This document shows positions 26,510-37,927 of a stretch of DNA of 64,000 bases, in pieces; the first letter of the stretch is position 1, and every line of letters begins with the position of its first letter. Where the stretch lies: assembly GCF_902652985.1 (NCBI RefSeq), contig NC_047032.1:6572001-6636000 (forward strand). The letters are read 5' to 3'. A model generated the notes under the pieces. The model was not told the DNA's origin and did not search any database. It worked only from the letters and a program-made list of their open reading frames with translations. Made by a program: the position numbers and the translations under genes. Origin of the DNA: Pecten maximus. Taxonomy: Eukaryota.

Positions 26510-26975
26510 AAATCAATAAAATATTTTATTATAGTGTCACATGTTAAAATATACACATATCAATTACAACTTTTCAAAATACATAAAACTATATCAACAT
26601 CCAGCCATTACTGGCTTATGAGACACTTTGTGTCATTAAAACTATATTTCATCAAATACACAGGGACATGCATCTAAAAATATTACATAGACTAAAAGCA
26701 TAGAATACTACTAATATACATGTACATTTGAATAGATAAGAAGACGCATTATTTTAAAAACACTCTTCTTCTACGAAGCATTAAAAATATTGTTTTACCT
26801 AATAAATACTGAATATCTGAATTATCCATTAATAAATTAAACTTGTTATTGATATCACATTCTTTAAAATTTTCGCAGACGCTTTCCATAGAATGAAAAA
26901 GATTAAGTCTTAGATCGCTGTACATAGGACATTCACACAAAAAGTGAATTTCATTTTCTACATTGTTATATATAT
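26510..26975 (-). mobile_element. 3' fragment of a non-LTR retrotransposon (LINE ORF2 C-terminus plus 3' UTR)
   Basis: VENEIHFLCECPMYSDLR fits the ExHFxxxCPxY C-terminal motif of LINE ORF2; aataaa-containing tail near 26520. Confidence 0.7.
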
Positions 26976-27454
26976 ATGAATCCTTAAATATGGAATATTT
27001 TACAGTGGTATTTTCTGATTGATTCTTTTCTTGCATTTTCCGGCCTTAGTTGCCCCATATAAGACTTAATAGGCCAATGAAGCATCAGAAATCTTTGGAT
27101 TAAGTACTTAAAAGACAAACTGTTTTGTTTAAATCTACTTTTTCTGACGGCTGGCATCGCGTTTTCGATAACAACAGGACTCATTGATTATGATTCATAA
27201 TCTTCAAGAGAATGCAGATATCTAACAAAGCCAGTTTTTACTCCAAATCACTCCCCGCTCAGGAAAAACACGAAACAGTGTTGAAACATACAATACACAA
27301 TGATGAAAAAAGTGTATACGTACATATATACACATCTTTCAGTATGAGTAAAAACCTGTACGTGTGCACATGTGAAATAGCATGCTTACACATGTGTAAT
27401 GATATGTGTATATGTGTAATGATATGTGTACATGTGTGTTATTTTATGTGTGCA

Positions 27455-27666
27455 CGCGGTGGCCGAGTGGTTAAGGTGTCCCGACACTTTAACACTAGCC
27501 CTCCATCTCTGGGTTGCGAGTTCGAAACCTACGTGGGGCAGTTGCCAGGTACTGACCGTAGGCCGGTGGTTTTTCTCCGGGTACTCCGGCTTTCCTCCAC
27601 CTCCAAAACCTGGCACGTCCTTAAATGACCCTGGCTTTTAATAGGACGTTAAACAAAAACAAACCA
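27455..27666 (+). mobile_element. Near full-length tRNA-derived SINE (Meta-domain-like)
   Basis: A box tggccgagtgg, B box gagttcgaaac, core ggtttttctccgggtactccggc, (aaac)n tail; probable TSD ttatgtgt(g/a)ca. Confidence 0.9.
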
Positions 27667-28381
27667 ATTATGTGTACACGTGTGTTATTGTATGTGTACA
27701 CGTGTGCAAAGCGGAAGTTTTATATAAGTATTATATAGGGATTGTAAAACCGAAAGTAGACCAGCCATCAAAGGCGGACGGAAGGAGTTCTGGTTGCTAG
27801 TGTATGTATCTATTTATAATGATTTACTTTTAATGATATATATACATATATAATGCTATTTAGCTATGAAAGCCATTTTAAAAAATTAATAACTATATAT
27901 GATATATTTGTAGCACAAAAAAGACATTATCGTTCTTGTTATCACTGTAAACAAATCGTTATATCCCACTTCGTCTGTCACAAATGTATACACATATGAT
28001 ACACACAGAAAACAAATAACAGGTTTATTTGTAACAGAAACCCTGCGCAAACATACAAAACGAACATGCATACCACAGGCACTATCCTTGTCTGTTACAC
28101 CCAATATACATTTTTTCAATGTATTTTACATAACAAATCATTACAATTTATTACCAAACTTCCTCCCTACCAAATACAATCTATCAAACTTCCTCAATTC
28201 ATTACCGTAGTTATACACATATATAAAGGGTATGGCAAGTTAAGTGGCCATTTTATCCATAGGGCAATGTTGATCGAGTTTTCAATGAAATTGTATGTGT
28301 TGTATCTAATTCATCTTATAAAAGAAAATTAAACGAAATATATTATATAAGATAAGAAAATTGAATAAGAAATCGTGTATA

Positions 28382-30575
28382 TCTACTACAGACACCCCTT
28401 GTGTGACTATGTCTACAGACACCCCTTGTGTGACTATGTCTACAGACACCCCTTGTGTGACTGTGTCTACAGACACCCCTTGTGTGACTGTGTCTACAAA
28501 CACCCCTTGTGTGACTATGTCTACAAACACCCCTTGTGTGACTATGTCTACATACACCCCTTGTGTGACTATCTACAAACACCCCTTGTTTGACTATCTA
28601 CAAACACCCCTTGTGTGACTATGTCTACAGACATCCCTTGTATGACTGTCTACAGACACCCCTTGTGTGACTATCTACAAAGACCCCTTGTGTGACTATG
28701 TCTACAGACACCCCTTGTGTGACTATGTCTACAGACACCCCTTGTGTGATTGTGTCTACAGACACCCCTTGTGTGATTGTGTCTACAGACACCCCTTGTG
28801 TGACTATCTACAAACACCCCGTGTGTAACTATGTCTACAGACACCCCTTGTGTGACTGTCTACAGACACCCCTTGTGTGACTATGTCTACAAACACCCCT
28901 TGTGTGACTATGTCTACAGACACCCCTTGTGTGACTATGTCTACAGACACCCCTTGTGTGACTATGTCTACAAACACCCCTTGTGTGACTATCTACAAAC
29001 ACCCCTTGTGTGACTATGTCTACAGACATCCCTTGTATGACTGTCTACATACACCCCTTGTGTGACTATCTACAAAGACCCCTTGTGTGACTATGTCTAC
29101 AGACACCCCTTGTGTGACTGTCTACAGACACCCCTTGTATGACTGTCTACAGACACCCCTTGTGTGACTATCTACAAAGACCCCTTGTGTGACTATGTCT
29201 ACAGACACCCCTTGTGTGACTGTCTACAGACACCCCTTGTGTGACTGTGTCTACAGACACCCCTTGTGTGACTGTCTACAGACACCCCTTGTGTGACTGT
29301 CTACAGACACCCCTTGTGTGACTTTGTCTACATACACCCCTTGTGTGACTGTGTCTACAGACACCCCTTGTGTGACTATGTCTACATACACCCCTTGTGT
29401 GACTGTGTCTACAGAAACCCCTTGTGTGACTATGTCTACAGACACCCCTTGTGTGACTATGTCTACAGACACCCCTTGTGTGACTGTGTCTACAGACACC
29501 CCTTGTGTGACTGTGTCTACAAACACCCCTTGTGTGACTATGTCTACAAACACCCCTTGTGTGACTATGTCTACATACACCCCTTGTGTGACTATCTACA
29601 AACACCCCTTGTGTGACTATGTCTACAGACACCCCTTGTGTGACTGTGTCTACAAACACCCCTTGTGTGACTATGTCTACAAACACCCCTTGTGTGACTA
29701 TGTCTACAGACACCCCTTGTGTGACTGTGTCTACAGACACCCCTTGTGTGACTGTGTCTACAGACACCCCTTGTGTGACTGTCTACAGACACCCCTTGTG
29801 TGACTATGTCTACAGACACACCTTGTGTGACTATGTCTACAGACACCCCTTGTGTAACTATGTCTACAGACACCCCTTGTGTGACTGTGTCTACAGACAC
29901 CCCTTGTGTGACTGTCTACAGACACCCCTTGTGTGACTATGTCTACAGACACCCCTTTTGTGATTGTGTCTACAGACACCCCTTGTGTGATTATGTCTAC
30001 AGACACCCCTTGTGTGATTGTTTCTACTGACACCCCTTGTGTGATTATGTCTACAGACACCCCTTGTGTAACTATGTCTACAGACACCCCTTGTGTGACT
30101 GTGTCTACAGACACCCCTTGTGTAACTATGTCTACAGACACCCCTTGTGTGACTGTGTCTACAGACACCCCTTGTGTGACTGTCTACAGACACCCCTTGT
30201 GTGACTATGTCTACAGACACCCCTTTTGTGATTGTGTCTATAGACACCCCTTGTGTGACTATGTCTACAGACACCCCTTGTGTTATTATGTCTACAGACA
30301 CCCCTTGTGTGACTGTCTACAGACACCCCTTGTGTGACTGTCTACAGACACCCCTTGTGTGACTATGTCTACAGACACCCCTTTGTGAGACTATGTCTAC
30401 AGACACCCCTTGTGTGATTGTGTCTACAGACACCCTTTGTGTGACTATGTCTACAGACACCCCTAGTGTGATTGTATCTACAGACACCCCTTGTGTGAGT
30501 ATGTCTACAGACACCCCCTGTGTGACTGTCAACAGACACCCCTTGCGTAATTCTGTCGAAAGACACCCCTTGTGT
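28382..30575. repeat. Minisatellite, 27-bp unit (tacagacaccccttgtgtgactatgtc) with 25-bp variants, ~2.2 kb
   Basis: Directly visible tandem array; it generates the spurious TMSTDTPCV / RHSHTRGVC ORFs. Confidence 0.97.
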
Positions 30576-31022
30576 GTTTGTGTTTTTAATTCTAATGATT
30601 TGGACCTGGCTTGTTTATATTGGATTCCAAATCTTCCCTCTGACTCGGTTAGTTGGTTAGCCTAGTCTCAGTACTGTTAAATCATAGTCGTATCACGCCT
30701 CTGCTACATTTTCTGCTTCTTGATTTATTTTTACAATTCGCTTTCCCTGATGTGAATTAGTAATGGAAATCTATATATGGAAAGTTTCAATTGCAGTTTC
30801 AATGTTATGATTAAAGCCTTATCACCAGACATGGTCCTATTACCGGATAGATACGTTAATAAGTATATAAAGTCGTTTTGACCATGCGCTATTGTATTAC
30901 TTATTCATTGTATAGATATGATAAATATTAGTTGTTGTATTCATATTTACAATATACAGAAATGCAAACAAGGTCCACATTTTTTTTGTTTTTTTTTTTA
31001 CAGTAAATTTCTCTCTCCAACT

Positions 31023-32625
31023 ATGGCAAGCAAAAAGATGTCTGGAATGCATACTGTGAAAAGTGGGAAGAAAACAAAAACATCATATCTTTCTAAACTG
31101 GCAAAAAAGAAGACATCCGAAAAGTGTGTTGAAGAAGAACAAGACAATTGTTCCCATGAAAATGATGTCAGCCAATCAAAAGTATGTACCGAAACTGAAG
31201 ATAATGAGCAAGATATGTCGAGGAGTGTAGGGATTGCCACTAGACATCAAACAAAAGGATCCAATGAAACTCACGTTGAAGGAAATTCCAGCGAATCTGA
31301 ACAAAATCGAAACAGAAATGGTGGATCGATTGGTCCTGTATGTCATGAAACAATAGAATCCAACGAAAACGACATAGAAGAAAAATATAACGATTCTGAG
31401 CAAAATAGGATGAAAAGAAGTGGGATTGCTGCCACTGAGCATGATACCAACGAAATCCAAGATGGCGACACTGGATATAGATTCAAAGACACTGAACATA
31501 TTCTGGTGGGAAATAATGGAGGAATTGCTGCCTCTGGGCCTGAAATAAAGGTTTCCAAAGACCGTGTCGTTGAAGAAAAATCCAAGGATACTGGGGGAAA
31601 TCTCTCGAGAAATGGCGAGAGTATTTCTCTTGAACGTGAATCTAAAGGACCAAAAAACACCGAAGAAAATCGAAAAGGAAACAATCGAGGGATTGCTCTT
31701 GGACATGAAACTAAGGTATCCAAAGACCGCGTCGTTGAAGTAAAATCCAAGAATACTGTGGGGGTTATAATGAAAAAGAGTGTGAAGATTTCTCCAGAAC
31801 GTGTAACTAAAGGACTAAAAAACAATCGAGGAGTTGATCTTGGACGTGAAACTGAAGGATCACAGGAATCTTCCGTTGCAACTGGATTTAAGGAAATTGA
31901 AGCAAATCATACGGAAACTAACGAGATGACTGCTCTTGGATATAAAACTAAAAAATCCAAAGACCGCAACTTTGAAGAAAAATCCAAGGATACTGGGCTA
32001 AATCTAATCAGAAAAATCGGGAAGATCTGTCTTAAGCAAAAACCTAAAGGACCAACGGTTACTGAAGAAAATTGGAAAGGAAACCATCGAGGAGTTGCTC
32101 TTGGACGTGAAACTGAAGGATCCAAAGAATACAGTGATGACGAAAATCCCAGCGACATAATGGAAAAAATGGCTGGAAGTAGTGGGCTGGTTGTTCCTGA
32201 GTATGGGCCAAAGGAATCCCATGACGACATCAAAACTAAAAATCCTTTGTGGAATTTGTGTGTGGACGCGACTCAAGACGGGATATCAGATTTGGATGTT
32301 GATGTCATCGTGTCGAGTGAGGATGCTGGACTTCAGGGGTTTGGTATGGTTGCCAAGCAACTTCTACAAAAAGGTGGAGAACAATATAAACTACAGAAAA
32401 TGGTGGCAAGTAGCATGGTTGGGGATTTGAAATCATGGCATTTCATATTCACGCCCGGGGCAGGTAGATTGAATTGTAAGAATGTAGCACATGCTAACAT
32501 ACCAAAGTTAGAGGTTACGGACCAGGACAAATGGTGTGATCATTTCAAAACTTTCCTGGGCAGGCTAGTGAAGCGAACCAATTGTATGGGATTTACCTCC
32601 ATGGCGATTCCCCTGCTAGGGACAG
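31023..32625 (+). CDS. Macro-RING-Deltex E3 ubiquitin ligase (DTX3L-like), coding exon 1: disordered repeat region plus most of the macrodomain
   Basis: Acceptor ttttacag at 31003, ATG at 31023. Macro motifs DVDVIVSS, TPGAGRLNCKNVAHANIP, SMAIPLLGTG. Phase-1 donor ag|gtactg at 32626. Confidence 0.88.
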
Positions 32626-33074
32626 GTACTGTATGCCATTTTATCACGCAGTGTTGACAATTACCATAATGACGCAGTTCATCACGTGATAAAATCCAGC
32701 ATATTTATTGGACGTTTACATTGCTATACATTGTTGTTATTAAACACGCCTGAAATATTAGATGTTTTACATACTATATGCTGGGCAACAACCATTATCT
32801 GAAGACAAAACATATGACATCACCGGATGCTTCGCTATTTTTTTTCATTTTTAAAGAGAAGCCATTAAATATGTTACCGTAGATCTCAGATAATTAAGGC
32901 AATCAATTACGCTATAGATTTGTGTACTAGGCTTTATTCATTTTCCACTTACTGAGATCTTTCATTGTTCTTAAAACACTTCTTTTCGGGCGACTATTTT
33001 AAAGCTAGATGTTTTGTTTTATGTCGTTATGTTTAACTTTTAAAATAATGTTGTCAGCCTTTTTTAATCCTCAG

Positions 33075-33637
33075 GAAGAAAAGGTGCTCCCACAGACTTT
33101 GTTATCGACCTTCTTTGTGGACAGATTAGGAATTGTGCCAAGAAACCAGCAGATAAAGCTTGGCTACAAACAATTTATATCGTTCATCCCAATAGGAGCA
33201 TTGTCAGATCCATCGAAACAGTCGCCAAACGGCTGCATCTTTACCGCACACCGGAAGTGACGCAAAAACCGGAAGTCACAATTGGTAAAACCAAAACACG
33301 TGACTATGATAAATATTTTATTGAAAAGTATTCAGTAAAGCTACCAAAGAAAACCAATGACTTAACAGACGAAGACTGTCCAATTTGTATGGAAAAGATT
33401 GATTCAAAGGAAAGAGTAGAGTTAAAGAAATGTCACCATGTTTTCTGTCTGTCGTGTGCCAAACAAAGCTTCAACGTCAAACCGGCATGTCCGCTATGTA
33501 ACGTAGTCTACGGAACTATCCGAGGAAATCAGCCTGAAGGCTTTATGGTAGAGATGTTCGGAAAGGAGTCGTTACCTGGATTTGTCGGATGTGGTAACAT
33601 CCACATCTACTATTCTTTCTGTGATGGAATCCAAGAT
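33075..33637 (+). CDS. Macro-RING-Deltex ligase, coding exon 2: macro C-terminus, C3HC4 RING, start of the Deltex C-terminal domain
   Basis: Acceptor tcctcag. Frame continues GRKGAPTDFV...LQTIYIV...CPIC-x14-CHHVFCLSC-x10-CPLC...YGTIRGNQPEG...SLPG...DGIQD. Donor gtgagt at 33638. Confidence 0.92.
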
Positions 33638-34234
33638 GTGAGTGTGATTATTCTGGCATGATGAAGCCCTCGGTCCCTGAACCGTATACGTACATGTAGT
33701 TTGAAATAAATTGATATATCATAAACAATTTATAAGTCCATTCATTGTATGTCCTCTACACAATCATCATTTAATGACGGAATCCAAGATGTAAGTTTTA
33801 TTCTTTTGGCATGGTGAAACTTCCGGTCCGTGATCAGCAGTTTGAAACATTCATAACAAATAATGTTTGTGTATTTACTGCTGTATGTATTGTAAAAAAT
33901 GATATCTAAATTTGTCATCCATATGTATGAGTTGTTTGTACAGTCCTCTGCAGATTTTAATTTTAATTAAAGGGTCACGGTCGCCTAGATTTGCATTGGC
34001 CATCTATCTCGACTATGCAACGTTTGACAGCAGGGTATATGGTCGCGTGGATATGTTTTAATGAATTTGAGTCAGAATTAGGGTTCCATTTGTCAGTGGG
34101 TATACGTGGACTTGTTTTAACGATTTTGAGCCAGAATTGGGTTTCCATTCGACAGTAAATATACAGGAACTTCTTTTAACGATTTTGAGTCGGAATGTTC
34201 TTTGTCAATACTATTTATAAGGATGTAGACTTAT

Positions 34235-34800
34235 TCTGGCGAGGCGATTTGGTGCCGTAGATCCAAGGCCCGGTCAGGGCACACGTCAAATATAGTCTTT
34301 ATACGACAAGAAGTCAGACATCTTCGATACTTGTTGATATGCCTAGTGGTTCCGTTATCACCACCAGATTTCTCACTTCGAGACTCTGACGTATCCCAGA
34401 TTTGACCTAAATCTGTATGGCAGGTGTCGTCGATTTGACCTAAATTTGTATAGCGGGTGTCGTCGATTTGAACTAAATCTGTATGACGGGTGTCGTCGAT
34501 TTGACCTAAATCTGTATGGCGGGTGTCGTCGATTTGACCTAAATTTGTATGGCGGGTGTCGTCGATTTGACCTACATTTGTATGACGCGTGTCGTCGATT
34601 TGACCTGAATCTGTATGACGGGTATCGTCGATTTGACCTAAATTTGTAAGGCGGGTGTCGTCGATTTGACCAACATTTGTATGACGGGTGTCGCCGTGAC
34701 CTAGATTTATATGGCAGGTGTCGTCAATAAAGCAGAAGACACTTACTCTTCCGAAACACCTGGTCTTAATCTCCTTGTACTTTTTCTAGAGTCTCCATGC
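34235..34800 (+). mobile_element. Intronic SINE-like element (Nin-domain-like) with an internal 33-bp tandem array of ~10 copies
   Basis: Unit gatttgacctaaatctgtatggcgggtgtcgtc (34398-34725), then aaagcagaagacacttactcttccgaaacacctggtc. Related single-unit copy at ~59790-59960; fragments at 6125-6190 (-), 8630-8690 (-), 38590-38670 and 56580-56655. Confidence 0.65.
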
Positions 34801-34872
34801 AAATCTGTATTTTTGTTAATATTTTATCGATTTCGTGTTGTAATGATGTCGTTATTTCATGTTTTATTGAAG

Positions 34873-35090
34873 GCGGAACACCCAAACCCTGGAAAACCTT
34901 ACAGAGGGACTCGGCGGGAGGCTTTTTTACCCGACGATGAGGAAGGCCAGAGAGTACATCGCCTGTTGCGGAAAAGTTTTCAGCAACAGATGACGTTCAC
35001 CATCGGGAGCTCCAGGACTACGGGGCGTGAGAATGTTGTGACTTGGAATGACATTCATCACAAGACTAGAATACATGGTGGTTCGGAAAG
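34873..35090 (+). CDS. Macro-RING-Deltex ligase, coding exon 3 (Deltex C-terminal domain)
   Basis: AEHPNPGKPYRGTRREAFLPD...FTIGSSRTTGRENVVTWNDIHHKT is the hallmark DTC sequence; ag and gt boundaries are in phase. Confidence 0.93.
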
Positions 35091-35480
35091 GTATTCAATA
35101 TATCAGAAACCATCTAAAGCTTATTTAGAATTACACTGTATATCAATATTTACTAGAAATATGACGTAGAAAAAGTAGGAACGTAGAATGAAAAAAAAAC
35201 CCAAGTAATTCGCTATACATACAGAGCTTCTTCACAGTCGTTGTAACTTTGGTCATATTTAAAGACCAACCTTTCATGATTTAGTAATAGATGGACAGAC
35301 AAGATAGTTAAGGACGGAAGAGCGGACAGAAGGACGGATATAATGATAGACGGACAAAGAATAGATTCCAAATATATGTCGTTTTATAAGCTTTATTCCC
35401 GCTAAATAAATAATAACAGTTTGCTTTAATCCGAACTTTCAATGTTTCAAACAAAAACTTTTCTTGTTTTTTTTTGTTTG

Positions 35481-35516
<36 letters not shown>

Positions 35517-35800
35517 GGGGTTGAATCCTTTAAAAAAAAAATTACAGAAATTTTTGAAGAAAAAAAATCTTTTTATCTTCAATTTACGTGTATACATGTA
35601 GTGTATACATGTATATAGAGTTTTCACTATTCTTATTCTAAATTTTAATTCGAAAGTAACAAAAAAAAATCTTTGAAAAATAACTCCTATTGTCATATCT
35701 CCGGCCTCGGTAAATATGACCTTCTCAGGTTATTATGTCCTCGTATTCACCTGAAAACAGGTCAACTGTTGTACATGCTAATTTTGTTATTCTGTAACAG

Positions 35801-35885
35801 GTATGGCTATCCAGATCCTTTGTACCTGAAGCGCGTGCAGGAGGAATTGGCTTCGAAGGGAATTTCTGAGGCGACCGACTCTTAA
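35801..35885 (+). CDS. Macro-RING-Deltex ligase, last coding exon
   Basis: Acceptor tctgtaacag; YGYPDPLYLKRVQEELASKGI is the Deltex C-terminus; stop TAA at 35883-35885. Exon lengths sum to 2469 nt (822 aa). Confidence 0.93.
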
Positions 35886-37684
35886 CAGGGACAAATTTTG
35901 GAGACACATATATCTGAATGTAGACGCTTGCTGTAGCATTGAGGCATATTTGGGTTTTAGTCTTCAGTGCTCTGCAATGTATGATGCTTACACGTTTGTC
36001 TTTGGAGTACATTACGCGATGTCACTGGGGATACTGTATTCAGCATACGTATCCAGACTAACAGTCTCGTTTTAAACAGCTGATTAATACAATAACTAAC
36101 TGGTACTTCTCCCTCGCTCACACTCTACCGTCTCTGAGACCCCAAGTCTTCGCGGGCTGCAATGAAATCACAACTTTTGTGAGGAAATCAGAGGACCGTT
36201 TGCTATGTTGTAACTACCACAGCCGAAGTGTCCGATCAGGGGATGAAATATTAGTGTTAGGCACTCTCGCCACGTCCGAACAATGGAAAACGTTCTCAGA
36301 CGTGCGATTCCAGGCTGGGTTGGCTCAATTTCCCGTTAGACAGATCAGACATTCCTATAAATATTCAAATCCGTGACCATGCATTAGAGAACCCAGAGCT
36401 CCAATACAGAGGCTCGGTTTTTTTATTCTGGTTTTCTACTAATATGACACGAATTTTAAAGTCATATGATCTACGATACTCTCTACGATACTCACGAGAA
36501 ATATGTCTAATTTTCAGTGAAACGACCCCCCAAGTTGAATTAATGAGATTAAAAATAACATTGCATTGTTTAGATTTAGCTGTCATAATCGTAATTAAGA
36601 AGGAGATATTGATATGATGGCTGATTTCGGTAATGTCGCATTGGTGCCAACGCAACATCGCGACAATGCGGTAAACGACAATGCGATAAACGACAATGCG
36701 ATAAGCGACAATGTGCAATTCAAAGAGCGACAATGTGCCTTGCGACAAATTGCTCACATTGTCATGTTATAATTGTAACATTGCTGTACAGTTGTTTGAC
36801 CTCTTGTTACACACACTCTAGTGTGTCAGAGAGTAATACAAATCTTGAAAATCTTGAACAAAAGTGCCCTGACTTTACGTCGCAAGGCGCATTTTCGAGC
36901 TTCGCATGGCGCACAGTCGCATTGTCGCGCTGGGTGACAGCATCAGCCATGATATTGACGCCAACTATCTATAGCGTACCAATAATAATCATCCGAATTT
37001 CTCGGTATAATATTCAAGGTAAAAGAACATTTCCGATATCAATTAAAACGGACATTGTTTTGTGTGGAATTATACCTAGCCTATTCCTTAACAGTTCCCG
37101 TTGTATTTCTTGTTTAGAGAGTTTTTTGTTGTTTTTGTTTTGTTTGTTTATTTGTTTGTTTCTATATATTTCTTTTTTTTTCTCCCCTTTCAGCCAAATA
37201 AATTTTAGCTATTGAACTCACTCAAAATATGATTGAAAGAAAAATCACTATAATCCATCTAACTAATGTCTTAAGGGCACGAAACATAACACAAAACTAG
37301 TAAAAAGGAGATAAGTCCTACTTCCCAATGGCGAGAAATTGTAGCCCCGTGGTGTAGTTATTTGGTCGAAAACAGAAAGGGTACATGGGAAGGGTCATCA
37401 TTACAATATCCACTGTTTTAAGTCATTTACCTACGTTTTTGTTAATTTTATCCACAGGTAGGTGTTGTATATAAATAATAAAACATGGACACCTATCGCA
37501 GATGATACCATTAAAGATGACAATTCGTACATTTAATTGTGAACGACTGAGAATTAGAGTAGGCTATTGTATAATATATTCCAATCGAATACCAACAGTT
37601 TCATACTTCAAGTTATTACCACCCTCTAAAAGATTGAACAAGAGATACGCATGATATTGGCACCTACAGTAAATAATGAAATAT

Positions 37685-37927
37685 ACAACTGTTTTGTTTT
37701 TCTAAGACACGTGCTAGTGACGTTATAGGGACATCATACAGCTGTTTCGTCATTCTAAGACTCGTCAGTGATGTCAGGGACATCATACAGCTGTTTCGTC
37801 ATTCTAAGACTCGTCAGAGATGTCAGGGACATCATACAGCTGTTTCGTCATTCTAAGACTCGTCAGTGATGTCAGGGACATCATACAGCAGTTTCGTCTT
37901 TCTATGACTCGTCAGTGATATTAAGGG
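37685..37927. repeat. 49-bp tandem repeat, ~4.5 copies
   Basis: agggacatcatacagctgtttcgtcattctaagactcgtcagtgatgtc starts at 37727, 37776, 37825 and 37874. Confidence 0.9.

Noticed and set aside
27455-27535. tRNA gene candidates at SINE heads (also 39440-39517, 23450-23520, 41083-41146)
   Set aside because: A and B boxes are present, but there is no clean cloverleaf and the sequences continue into SINE bodies or are degenerate
28382-30575. CRISPR-like appearance of regular short repeats (also 50.2-54.9 kb and 55.6-56.1 kb)
   Set aside because: Units are contiguous with no unique spacers, there are no cas genes, and the context is eukaryotic
28306-30665. Many overlapping 60-160 aa ORFs (TMSTDTPCV, RHSHTRGVC repeats)
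   Set aside because: Translations of a 27-bp minisatellite on both strands; frequent 25-bp units break the frame
30918-31022. N-terminal extension MINISCC... of the 579-aa ORF, and its C-terminal read-through to 32657
   Set aside because: The extension spans a polypyrimidine tract and acceptor at 31003, so it is likely intronic. The tail lies past the donor at 32626.
31176-32530. Antisense ORFs over the Deltex exon 1 and over the nAChR genes
   Set aside because: Shadow ORFs of real coding sequence on the opposite strand
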